A DNA stretch of 64,000 nucleotides, taken from positions 62,001 to 126,000 of the forward strand of contig NW_027191455.1 in NCBI RefSeq assembly GCF_011745625.1, given 5' to 3'. This stretch comes from Cladosporium halotolerans. Taxonomy: Eukaryota. Positions 12,365-23,600 of this stretch are shown here, one piece after another (position 1 is the stretch's first letter; the number at the start of each line of letters is the position of its first letter). The position numbers and the translations under genes are program-made. Under the pieces are notes generated by a model. That model ran no database searches. It was not told the DNA's origin and worked only from the letters and a program-made list of their open reading frames with translations.

Positions 12365-13288
12365 ATTCGCCCTTCAAATCAAGTAAGACCCTCTGTTGTA
12401 AATATTGAGAAATGCCACGCCAGAATTGCAAAAGGAAGACTTGGACACGCCTCGTAGACGCGTTGCAAAGGGAGCGCTGACGTCACCCTCTCGCGAGCAC
12501 GACGCGTGTGCTCGTGATGAACAGTGCCTCAGAATCAACCTGTCATCTTCACCCGGCGGTCAATATTCACGCGGTCCTTGTGTCTCTTTCCCCGCAGCAC
12601 GGTCTGGATGTTTGGTGGGTTCCCAGAAATCTTTCCACCGTTGATGGTGAGACAATCTTCAGCATCTCCAACGGCCACTAAACAGTGTAGTAAGTACTAG
12701 GTGCGCTGCGGAACGATCGTGAAGGTTGCTCTTGCGGCTCGCTTCAGTTCTATATTTGTGTTACGGTTCTGATCTAACAATTCAAGCTTCTCAGATGAAC
12801 GTTGTGGAAGACGAAAGATCGAGGGATATGCCAGAAAGCGATTGCTTCAAGCTTGCATTGCCCTAAGCCTCCATGTGACCCATTGTTGTCTCATGAGTTC
12901 TGCAGTCATCATGGATTGTAAGCGAGTATCTCAAGGTGACGCACCGTAAGGTAGGACTCAGACGACATCTCTTGTCAGCTTTCGTTCTCTTGTGATGACC
13001 AACAAAGGAAGCAACGATTGATTGCAGGCCACAACATGCCTCCGTCCTCCAAACGACTGATTCCTTTTGCTAACAATCGAACTTGTCATTGTCTCGACTC
13101 ACTCCGTCTTCCCCGTCACGATGAGAAGCAAACATAAGTCCATATCCAGATGTCTTCAAATCCGATCCATATGACAGCATATAAATACCTATATGACTGT
13201 CGCTATTCCAAGTAGTCCTGGTCACACACACTCAGGGAAAGAACACCGAAACCCGTACTCCATTCAACGGAAAAAAACCGACGAAAGC

Positions 13289-13792
13289 ATGCAGACCCCA
13301 TTCAACCCCCAAACCCAGCCCCTCGGCGACGGCAACCGCCACACCGACTACCTCTTCTCGCCCCAAGACACCCGAAAGCCCTCCACCATCCTAGAAGTCT
13401 GACACCCTGTACGCGCCAATTTCTTCGACCGCATCTCAAACGAAGAACTCCACGATCTCCTCTCACAACTGCTACTCACGCAAGGCCAGCGCAAAATGCT
13501 GCCCACGACCGCCTGGTTCGAAGTAGAGGGCCGACAGGCGACGATCGATGCCCTGGAGGAGGCGTTGAAGCCCCGTGGGCCGGTGGCGCAGTCGGCTGGG
13601 TCTGCGGAGCCGTGGGCGAGGATGGTGGAGGGACAGAGGGAGAGGGCGAAGCAACGGAAGGAGGCGAAGAGGTTGGAGATCGATATGAGGAGGGCCGAGA
13701 GGGAGGTGCGTGAGGTTGAATTGCGCGAGATCGAAACACGGGATGTGGCGAGGCGTATGAGGGATGAGTTAAGGGGATGGGGCCGGTGGTAG
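13289..13792 (+). pseudogene. Possible small coiled-coil hypothetical gene interrupted by an in-frame TGA
   Basis: ORFs 13193-13402 and 13496-13792 share a frame, and the only stop between them is TGA at 13400-13402. Confidence 0.35.
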
Positions 13793-14184
13793 GCGCATGG
13801 TGTTGCTAGAGTGGAGGATATGCTCTTCGAGCTGGAATTTGATGTGAGTAGGAGGGTAGTACGTTACCGTCTCCGATGGATATCTGAGACCAACACCCAG
13901 GTAGGGAGCTAGGATTCAAAGGTACGGACGGGCATTACAGGAATTTTGATCAAAGTAACGTGAATCAATTGTGGTATCACTGCTTTCCAACCCCGGAAGT
14001 GCGCGGCAACGCGACCCTATACACCATACCATAGCTCCACTGCTTCGTGATGTCCCTTACCACTGAAATCAAAGGACGTATCGACGTCCCACCCATCACA
14101 ACGCCTGATACTCCGCGAACGCGTCTCAATCATGACAAACATGCAAGCATCCAAAACTCATGAGAACGAACAACATGGACAGAC

Positions 14185-16507
14185 TCAAATGCCACTCCTG
14201 TGCACGACAGCGCCACCGCGTCTGAATTGCACCGTCTCTCTCCTGACCAGAACTTGCAATGCACGGTTCAGAGCTTGCTCGCTGTAGCCCTTGCGATCGA
14301 CAAAATCCCTGCGGAGAGTGGCCAAGCTGGCCGTGAAGCCCATAGGCAGACGGCGCCTGAGCTCCTCCTCAACCTTGTGCACTTCCTCGACCATCTCACG
14401 GTTGCCGCCGCCGCCGAGGGCGCTGGTATCGCCGCCTGCAGACATGACGGCGTCCATGGTGGAGCCGAGGAAGAGGCGGATGGCTTCGTCGACGTGCTTC
14501 TCTGTCGCGATGGGTTGCAATTCGAGCTTGGCGAGGGATTCCGTGATGCGGACAAGGGATTCGAGCTGACGGACTGTGATGGGGATGCTGGAGCGCTGGT
14601 TTGCGTCCGCTTCGGCGCGTGCGACTTGTCTTCGGATGCTGACGAAATGGGAAGAGAGCTTCTCGGCGGCTTCGGCGCTGAGGCGAGGGGCGCAGCGCGA
14701 TTTGGCGTACGCGATGTATCGCTTCATCTTCTCGACGGGAATCTCGGCTTGCGAGGCTTCGGGATTTGTGGTGGCTTGGCCGTTCATGTGCAGGTTCATG
14801 ACGTGCTTGGCGATGGTCTCGTCGCGGTTCCTGTCGTGGTTGTCGCGCACGATGAAGATCAGGTCGAAACGGGACAAGATAGTGGTTTGGAAGTCGATGT
14901 TCTCGCCGGGTGTCTTCAAGTCGTCGTAGCGACCGAAGATCGGGTTGGCGGCTGCGAGAACACTTGTTCGGGCGTTCAAGATTGTGGTGATACCAGCTTT
15001 GGCGATGGAGATGGTTTGCTGCTCCATTGCTTCGTGGATGGCAACACGGTCTTCATCACGCATTTTGTCGAACTCATCAATGCAGACAGCGCCGCCGTCT
15101 GCGAGGACCATGGCGCCACCTTCGAGGTAGAATTCCCTGGTAGTTGTGTCGCGCTGTACGGAAGCTGTAAGACCAGCAGCACTGCTGCCCTTTCCGGATG
15201 TGTAGATGGCGATGGGTGAGCATTTTTCGACGAACTTCAGGAGCTGGGATTTCGCAGTACCAGGATCACCAAGAAGCAAGACGTTGATGTCACCTCTGAG
15301 GCGCATACCGTCCGGCAGAATCTTCTTACTGCCGCCCATGAGCAGACATGCGATCGCTTTCTTGATGTCGACGTTTCCAAAGATAGAAGGGGCGATGCAA
15401 TTCGCAAAGGTTTCGTAGAGTTTAGGATCGCGGGACATCTCCAGGAATTCTTGCTCCTCTTCCTCTGTAAATTGCATGGTTGCACCGCCATTATTGTGTG
15501 ACACGTCGGTTTGGATGCCCACTGCCCTGAGATAAGGGTTACGGATAGCAACCGCGCCACTGTTCTTGCTGTTCTTTTGGCTGTTGTAAATGCTGAAGAC
15601 ACCCATCACAGTGCACCTTGAGCCAGGTACAACTCTGTTGGCCAGGTATCTGTCCGCGCTGACTAGGATATGTCGAGGAAGCTCACCGACCGGCACATCA
15701 TCAGGTGCTTCTTGCAGCTTCAAGACTTGTTGGTCGATGAACTGACTCTTTTCGTGTACCACAAAGTATGGGTCCAGGGGACATTTCTCGCCTGCGTCAT
15801 CCGGACCCTTGGGTCTGCTGCACACTCGGGGAAGTGAAATGCCGCTGAAGCCAGAGTTTACACCAATGTGTTCTACGTTCCCGCAATTCCTGCACTGAAT
15901 GTGAAGACTCGTGGCCTTGGAAGATAGTGTGCTGGCGCCGATGACAATGCCGGGTATGCGGACGAGATGTGAGACGTTCGTGGCGGTGAGTCCTCGGATG
16001 GAAGTTTGCGAAACCGAAGAGTGCAGCAGGAGCTGATGCGTGGGTAGCGATCTGGATAGCTCGAGATCTTCTTCGCTGCGTGAGGGGTAGAGAATGCGCT
16101 GGGTGCAGGTTCGCAGAGCTGCTTCAAACTGTCATACAGTCAGCATGGGTGCAATTGTGTGCAGTAGACGAATGCTTCCATACAATGGGAATGTAGTCGG
16201 CGGGCTCGTTGTTTATTTTTTGCGCCAGCTCTTCGTCGTACTGAATCAGGTGCGAGATGTCGACGTCGCAAAAGTACTGTTTCGACAGAACGTTGTCTCT
16301 GATCTGATCACTACAACAGTCTTAGCCCAGCCCGAAGAAGTCCAAAGATGTCCATATATACCGGTAAATGAAGGCATTGTCCACCGCAAAGGACAGGATG
16401 AAATCGACCAGCTTCTTTTGCACCTGTCTGTTGCTCTCCTGGCCCTCGGAAACCTCGCTCTTCTGCTCGCCCCAGAGGTCAAGTGAGTACACCGTCTGAC
16501 GATCCAT
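14185..16507 (-). CDS. MCM5: DNA replication licensing factor MCM5
   Basis: N-terminus MDRQTVYS, Walker [10 protein letters not shown], Walker B CIDEFDKM, arginine finger SRFD, and [15 protein letters not shown]. Introns at 16311-16361 and 16129-16183. Confidence 0.96.
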
Positions 16508-16630
16508 CCTGCTTGGTGGTATGTATGATTTGGGTGTTCGAGGTGGGCTGCACTTGACGGTGTGCTGTTGGCGATGGATGCGGGGATGCGACAGCAGCAA
16601 AGCGCACGGGGGTCGGCGTTGCTGGGAGGA

Positions 16631-16662
16631 AACGCGACGCGATTTCTCGCGACAAGACGCGA
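16631..16662. promoter_or_regulatory. Cluster of CGCG-core (MCB/SCB-like ACGCGA) elements in the divergent MCM5/VPS54 promoter
   Basis: Sequence aacgcgacgcgatttctcgcgacaagacgcga has four CGCGA cores about 125-155 bp upstream of the MCM5 ATG, consistent with G1/S MBF-type control. Confidence 0.5.
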
Positions 16663-17003
16663 CAGCATTTATCCTGCATTAGCGCCGGCCCCTAGCGTGT
16701 CGGAGGCTCTGAGGGCACAGCCGTCTCGGAAGGCTCGCGCACGTTGCAAGGCCCGTCCCGCCCGTTGCCGCTCCGTGTGAAGTCCGGGCGTCTGGAGATT
16801 GGATGGGGCGCGGCTGCGTACGAGTACGGGCAGTACGGGCGCCGTGCTCCTCCAACGACGCCAGCTGTTTGCTGATCCGCAACTCATACCGAGCCGAATT
16901 GTTCGCCCGCAACTTCGCATTCACGACCCAGCAGAAGGCGCCCGCTCCTCATGAGGTCACCAGCGACAACCTCATCACTCCCTTCCGCGTCCCTTCCTCG
17001 GCC

Positions 17004-20000
17004 ATGTCGGCGCCCTCTCCCCGTATCTCCATCGATACCAGCTCGCCAACATCTCCTCGCTCAAGCTCGGCATATCCCTTCCCGACCCAGGATTTTGCAC
17101 AAAACTCGGCCTCAAGTAGTCGCTACCAGCCGAGAAGAGGCAGTTCAAGTAGTATTGCGTCCATAGGCTCCATAGGCGGCGCCCTCGACATTAAGAGCAG
17201 ACGCGGTAGCACCGTTCGCGAAGCTAGCCACAATGCTATTTCTTCGTTGTTACAGCCGCCGATTGTGCGCACGGGACTTCTTCCACACACGCAGGCTACT
17301 GCATCCGCAGCTGGATTCAAGGCACCGACGACGAGAGACATCCCTCCCGTCACCTTGAGCAACATCCCTCACGTGCCGCCGGACAACTTCCGCGACTACC
17401 TCAATAGGATTGGACCTCTGTTCGAGAGCTTCCAGCGCGGCCGAGCAGAAGCAGATCAGGCCCAGCTGTTCAAGAAAGATAAGGATGGAGAGAAGGGAGA
17501 TCGCTTTGGAGATGTCTTGGATAGGCAAGCGAGCAGAGATGCTCCTGGCTCGCCGATGCTTTCGCGCCAGGGCTCTTCTACGATGTTGTCGCCCATAGGT
17601 TCACCGACTGCTACACCACGCCGGAGATCTTCCGCTTCGAATCGACGGAATAGGAACGAGCCAACACCTCTGTCCACAATACCACCTGTCTATTTCGATG
17701 AAGACTTCCACCTGGAGAATCCGCGCACATTCGACGTCGTCTCTGAACGCGCAGAGATTGTACGGCCACCGCCTGGTACTCCTGTGACTGAGCAGAAGGC
17801 TGCGAATGGCACTCCACTGCCACCGAGGAAGGCGCTGGCCACGAACGCCATACTACAAGAGAAGTTGAGCTGGTACATGGATACGGTCGAGGTCCATTTA
17901 ATCAACAACATAAGCACAGCGAGTAGTGGATTCTTCACAGCATTAGGGAGCCTAAAGGAGCTGCAGACGGAGGCAGAGGAGAGCGTCGCCAAAATACAAG
18001 GCCTACGGGAAGATCTCCGACGGCTTGACAAGGAGGTAGCTGTTGGAGGCCTTGAAGTTGCAGCAAAGCGACGGAGAAAAGAGAATGTACGAAAGCTTGG
18101 TCAAGCCACGGCACAGGTGCAACAGGTGGTGGATACCGTGAAGAAGACGGACGATTTGGTCGATGAAGGGCAGTTCGATGAAGCAGCGGACCAGATGGAT
18201 CATGCAGGACGCCTGATTTGCGGCCAGCCTGAGCCTGGCTCGCCGGAGAATCACGATCTTATCGATCTTCGACCCTTGAAAGCGCTGCAAGGACTGGATG
18301 CTGGCATGCAGGAAATGCAATACAGGATCGGAACTGGATTTGCACAAAGGTTCACAACGACACTTCTTACCGATTTGCGACAACATGTCGAAAAGGTACC
18401 TAAATCGGATACGCTGAAGCGCTGGTCGCGCCAACGAGGCATTGCTCCTACGTATATGGAAATAAACGAGGAGCTTCGTCAGGATTTGAGGGCAAGCCTG
18501 AACGGTCTTTCTAGATGTGGGCACACAGCGCCAGCAATTGCTGGGTTCCGTGAGGCTGCTACGAAGGAGATGAAGGCGTTGATCCGCAAGTACCTGCCTA
18601 GCAGTAACGATGACGATGCGGACAGTATGATTTCAACAAGCACTAGGGGCGGTAAGCAGATGTCGCAACAGGATAAAAGCAGTATACTGGCGCGGAATCT
18701 GCGAGCTTTGGACCAAGAAGATGCAGAGAAGATGCTCATTGATATTTACACGTCCGTCGGAGAAGCGCTTCGAAGACTGTCGACTCAGACGAAGGTATTA
18801 CTCGATGTCACCAGTCAGATGCAGTCGCCATCACCCGAGGCCAGGAGTTCTTCCGAGATTATGCGATCCCCACCCAGGTCGCCCAACATTGCTTCATTGA
18901 GCGAGAAGCTCGCAAACGGAGCGCCAATGCTCCCCCCTAGGATCAATGTACAGGACGACCTCACTCAGGCCTTGGACATGTCGAGCCTGCTAGGCCAAGC
19001 TGTAGATACGGCACAGACTCAAATCACTCGCGTTCTGAAGGTCAGGAACGAGCAAAGCATTCGCCTATCGAAGGGGCAGTTTCTTCGTTATTTCACACTG
19101 AACAGACTTTTCGCCGACGAATGCGAAGCCGTCTCTGGCCGAGGTGGCCAGGCGCTTCGAGGCGTTATCAATGCTCAGATCACTGGATTCGTTCAAGTCT
19201 TGGGTCAGGCAGAGACTTCTAAGATTTCCGACAAACTGGATGCAGATACTTGGAATGCGGTTGATGTCACCGAGGACCATCAAGCTCAAGTGGACAAGCT
19301 CATCGGTGCTATGGATAAGGATCCGCCTGAATGGGCCTCGAGTACGGCTCCCATTTGGGAGTCCCCTGCCCCGGCGAACCATCAAACGAACGGCGATGCC
19401 GGCTCGAACGGCACCACCGCCACTTCATCGCCCGAAAAGCCTTCGACACCGGTCCCGACCTCGAAATCGCAAACGAAGCCGGCAATCATCGATCAGAACC
19501 GTTTTATCCTGGTCTCGAGCGCCACCGCTCTCCCACCAATCATCACCACCTTCCTCTCGCTGACGTCCTCCCTCCCATCCCTCACACCTCAGATCGCCAC
19601 ATCCCTCCTCGAAGTCCTCCGAGCCTTCAACTCCCGCTCCTCCCAACTCATCCTCGGCGCCGGCGCCACCCGCATTGCCGGCCTCAAAAACATCACAACC
19701 AAACACCTCGCCCTCTCCAGCCAAGCCCTCGCCTTCGTCATCGCCCTCACGCCCTACATCCGCGAGTGCGTGCGCCGCCACCTCCCGCAGAACCAAACCG
19801 CCATCCTCGCCGACTTCGACAAGACCAAGCGCCTGTACCAGGAACACCAGTCCGGCATCCACGACAAGCTCGTCGAGATTATGACCGCGCGCTCCGCCGC
19901 GCACGTCAAGGCCATGCTCGCGCTGAACTTCGACGCCGCATCCGTGTCGCCCTCGCCGTACATGGAGACGCTGACGAAGGAGACGCTGACGCTGCACCGC

Positions 20001-20378
20001 GTGCTGTCGCGCCATCTAAACGAGGGCGAAGTGTCGATGATCGCGCGCAGGATCTTCGCGGAGTACAGGGCGCAGTGGACGAAGGCGTTCGGCGACGCGG
20101 TGGTGAAGACGGAGAAGGGCGAGCGCGCGATGTTGAAGGATGCGGAGACTTTTGGGGCGAAGCTGAGTAAGGTTGAGGAGTTTGGTGGGGTTGGGAAGGA
20201 CGTGCTGGGGGTTGTAAAGGGAAAGATTACGCATGTGGATAAGGGTGAGGGTGAGAAACCGGCGCCGCCGAAAAAGGATGAGAAGGCTGAGGATGGGAAG
20301 AAAGAGGAGAAGAAGGACGAGGTGAAAGTGGAGTCGAAGGCAGAGTCGAAGGCGGAGACTGAGAAGGCTCAGGATTAA
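17004..20378 (+). CDS. VPS54: GARP complex subunit Vps54
   Basis: Motifs LENPRTFDVVSE, LQEKLSWYMDTVEVHL and QLILGAGATRIAGLKNITTKHLALSSQ. The ATG at 17004 is the likely start. Confidence 0.92.
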   Translation: MSAPSPRISIDTSSPTSPRSSSAYPFPTQDFAQNSASSSRYQPRRGSSSSIASIGSIGGALDIKSRRGSTVREASHNAISSLLQPPIVRTGLLPHTQATASAAGFKAPTTRDIPPVTLSNIPHVPPDNFRDYLNRIGPLFESFQRGRAEADQAQLFKKDKDGEKGDRFGDVLDRQASRDAPGSPMLSRQGSSTMLSPIGSPTATPRRRSSASNRRNRNEPTPLSTIPPVYFDEDFHLENPRTFDVVSERAEIVRPPPGTPVTEQKAANGTPLPPRKALATNAILQEKLSWYMDTVEVHLINNISTASSGFFTALGSLKELQTEAEESVAKIQGLREDLRRLDKEVAVGGLEVAAKRRRKENVRKLGQATAQVQQVVDTVKKTDDLVDEGQFDEAADQMDHAGRLICGQPEPGSPENHDLIDLRPLKALQGLDAGMQEMQYRIGTGFAQRFTTTLLTDLRQHVEKVPKSDTLKRWSRQRGIAPTYMEINEELRQDLRASLNGLSRCGHTAPAIAGFREAATKEMKALIRKYLPSSNDDDADSMISTSTRGGKQMSQQDKSSILARNLRALDQEDAEKMLIDIYTSVGEALRRLSTQTKVLLDVTSQMQSPSPEARSSSEIMRSPPRSPNIASLSEKLANGAPMLPPRINVQDDLTQALDMSSLLGQAVDTAQTQITRVLKVRNEQSIRLSKGQFLRYFTLNRLFADECEAVSGRGGQALRGVINAQITGFVQVLGQAETSKISDKLDADTWNAVDVTEDHQAQVDKLIGAMDKDPPEWASSTAPIWESPAPANHQTNGDAGSNGTTATSSPEKPSTPVPTSKSQTKPAIIDQNRFILVSSATALPPIITTFLSLTSSLPSLTPQIATSLLEVLRAFNSRSSQLILGAGATRIAGLKNITTKHLALSSQALAFVIALTPYIRECVRRHLPQNQTAILADFDKTKRLYQEHQSGIHDKLVEIMTARSAAHVKAMLALNFDAASVSPSPYMETLTKETLTLHRVLSRHLNEGEVSMIARRIFAEYRAQWTKAFGDAVVKTEKGERAMLKDAETFGAKLSKVEEFGGVGKDVLGVVKGKITHVDKGEGEKPAPPKKDEKAEDGKKEEKKDEVKVESKAESKAETEKAQD

Positions 20379-20656
20379 AATACCATAACATTTAGCGAAG
20401 AAATGGGGCGAGGGAGACTCTTGAACAATTAAAGTATTCTTTTCACAAAACTATTCCGAAAGTCGTTTAGACTTCCCAACTGCTAATGAACGGAAAAGCT
20501 GCGAAGCATGCACCCAAAACAACCTCTTACGAGACCCTTTTACCCTTAAGGCGAATGACCAACAACGCCGACGCAAAACAAATGCATCCCTTAATATAAT
20601 TGAAAAACAAGCAAAAGCCAAAGAATTGGAAGAACGAAAAGTACTCATACACCGCC

Positions 20657-23600
20657 TCAGGCACACTCCCATTCCGCGAACACGCACCACCTCGCACTGC
20701 GGTCCGCCAGCACAAGACCGCGCCACGTTCCCCTCTCGCCAATCTTGATCACCGTCTCCCACGCCGTCGTGAGCCCAACATCCACCTCGTCGCCAGACCG
20801 GTTGCCGTACTCTTGCTTGCGCGTCAGGCGAATGATCTTCTGGCTCGGGCTCTGGATCGCCAACTTCGCAGGCTTCTGCTGAGCGGCCGTCATGGGGCCC
20901 GCTGGGTTGGAAGAGCTGTCTGAGCCGCTCTGGGAGACGGATGCGGTGCCGGAGACCATGCTCATGGCACTTGTAGGGCGGGCGATCATCGGATTTGGGC
21001 TTGGAGCGCGCGCACCGGCGCCAGCGGAGTTGGAGCCCCAGGTGTCTGGAGTGAAGCGAGAAAGGCTAGAAGGGTGCTGTCGGACGTGGAAGACGAAGGT
21101 GTTGTTCATGACGAGACGTCGGCACTGTGGTTGGACGATATAGAGGTCATGGCGCTGGGCGTGGGGCGTAGGATGGCGGGTCAAGAAGTCGTACGGAGGG
21201 TTCTGTCCGATGTGGGTGATCGGCAAGGCGAGGGCGAGAGCGTGCGGATTGTCTTTGATGCTGTGCATCATGCCACGCTTGCCTGCGTAAATCTTCAAGG
21301 TAGCTTGGCCATCGTCACCAGGAGGCACGGCCTTCACGGCGAACCGCTTGCGACCAGCAACCCACTCCGCTTGCGCGAGCGCTGACTTACGGATGGTCTC
21401 GCCGGATTCGAAAAAGTCGCCGTCAGCGTCACGTTCAAATGCTCTGCTCTCCGTCTCCGCAACAACCTCAATATCCTCCGGCACGTTCAGGTGGAAGTGT
21501 GCCATTTCGAGATTCTCGAGATGAAGGTTGCTAGTGCTGTAGTCAGACAGCTCAACGTTGTGTCGGAAATATGCCGGGCCTGACACTGGGAGGTGAACCA
21601 GTGTTTCATGGTCGACGGCAGGAACGATGTGCTGCTGCTCTGGAAGAAGAGGGACATGCGTGTAGCAGATCTCCATTGGCCTAGCGAGGAAATACCAATT
21701 CTCCGCGACCTGGGAGCTAGCACTGCTGTACAGGCTTCTCTTCGGGTGTGTCGGACTCGCCAGGGCGCAGTCCATGATGCGCCATTCACCGTCGATAATG
21801 ACAGCGTTCCACCAGTGATTCGGGCGGGCAATGCTTTGCACGTCGAGAATCTCGCCAGGACACTTCAGATAGCCGCGAATGACTTCGCAGTGCAAGCCGA
21901 CCGCGTTGCACATGTCGCGAACCAGAACAGCGATCTCTTCGCTGCATCCACGCTTGGTCTGAATAACTCGTCTCGAATCAGGCTGCGCCTCATATTCCTC
22001 TTCCCAGGTGATACGTTCCGCAGTCCATGTGAAGATCGCGCGAAGCCGCTGAACGTCGCTCCTGTGGGGGCGACAAATGTAGCTTTGGGCCAGCGCCGCT
22101 GCGTTGATCATAGGAGGAGCATTATTGATAAATCGTGTGCTTTTATCGACCAGTGCCAGGTGGGTCGTGAAAAAGTTGGTCGGTTCGTCGACAGGCAAGC
22201 CGTCCAGTCCCTCATCACCTTCGGCGCATTCGTGCAGTTGATCGATCGGATTCAACACCGGCAGATCAAGCATGTCACATCTTTCTGCTCGCTCCTCGCG
22301 CTCTCGACGGCTGATGGAATTAGACCTGTTCACATCCCGACGAACAGACATCCATTCGCTTCCGCCACCCAAGCCCATGTCCCGCACACCTTTTTCTGGC
22401 GAACTTGGCGCAGAAGCAAGGCCACCAGCAATACCAGTCGGGCCATTACCACCGAACATGCCCTTGGTCGGGCTTCCAGCGCCATTTCTGCTGCCGGGCC
22501 GGCTTGTGCTCCCGATGGTAGAACGAGCATTGGCGGCACCAGTCTTGGCAGTCGTCCTCGCTGACTCAATCATCTTCTTGAAGAAACCGCTCCGTTTGGC
22601 CTTGGGCGTTCCCAGGCCTCCAAGAACACCAGCATTCTCGATCGGGTCCGTAGTCCAGTCAGCGCGGGGTGTCGGTATAGGTTGGTTTTCTGAGGCGTGA
22701 CTCTCGTGATAGCTCGGTCCAGATCCAGAGAAGTCGCTTGCTGCCATGCTTCTGGCGCTCGAATGAAGGTTTGGCGTGGATTTGTTGTCAGTGAGGTTGA
22801 TCGGACGCTGCCCTCCACGGATGCTTCCCAGGCTGAACTTCTTGCGCGCAAGACTTCCAGCGCTGGTAGCGCTGAAGCCGCCCGCAGAATGTCCAGACAT
22901 GATACTCCGGCTAGTCAGCTGTGTACTGTTGCTGCTGTGAGTAGCTGATGAAGAATTTGTCGAGTCGGTGATGTTCGTCTTGGTAGTGAAGTTCCTTGTG
23001 AGCCTGTTCTTCCCTAGCTCATGCGCTGACTTCTGATGTCGCAAATTCGGATGCCTTCTCTGTGAGTGAAGAGTATATCCGTTTCCAGAGGACTCCTGGC
23101 TAGATTGACTATTTGCGGTTGTTGGTCGGGCTGAGTGTAGATGCGAAGGTGGCATTGGCGGCTGGTCCGAAAACTGATTTGATCGCGGTTCTCGGAATCT
23201 TTGTGTCATGCTCTGCACGAAGTCGTCCAACGGAGGCGGGCCATCTCTCGAAGATGGCGCGGACGGCGTCCTGGTACCATCATCGTAGCCATGACATTGC
23301 TCGTGCCTGGCGAAGCCCAACGAAGAATGAGCACGCATTTGTTCGCGAGAGTTACTGCGAATTTGCTCGTACTCGTCTGGGGACCAGATGCTTGACGATA
23401 TCGGCTGCCCCGAGGTGGGAGGTGATTCTGGTACCAAGCTCATGTCCTGCAGCGACGACATAACATCATTCATGGCGTCCCGAAGCGGCGAAGGGGTGTT
23501 ATGGCTCCCGTCGCCATTGTAACGCGGTGTTGGTGTATGAGAGTGGCCTCTATCATAATCCGCCGGATCATCGTCACGAAACTCCAGTGATGGTGCTCGG

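Noticed and set aside
14200..15219. 339-aa plus-strand ORF antisense to MCM5
   Set aside because: Shadow ORF produced by the codon bias of the conserved MCM5 frame; no motifs of its own.
16803..17003. Upstream in-frame extensions in the ORF track for VPS54 (also CYK3, COG2, SPE2, 25349-27631 and 54058)
   Set aside because: They mostly use non-ATG or poor-context starts; downstream ATGs fit the expected N-termini better.
21593..22564. 323-aa ORF antisense to CYK3, and similar antisense ORFs over SPE2, VPS54, PRE9 and the DHA1 gene
   Set aside because: They overlap well-supported genes in GC-rich sequence and lack independent protein features.
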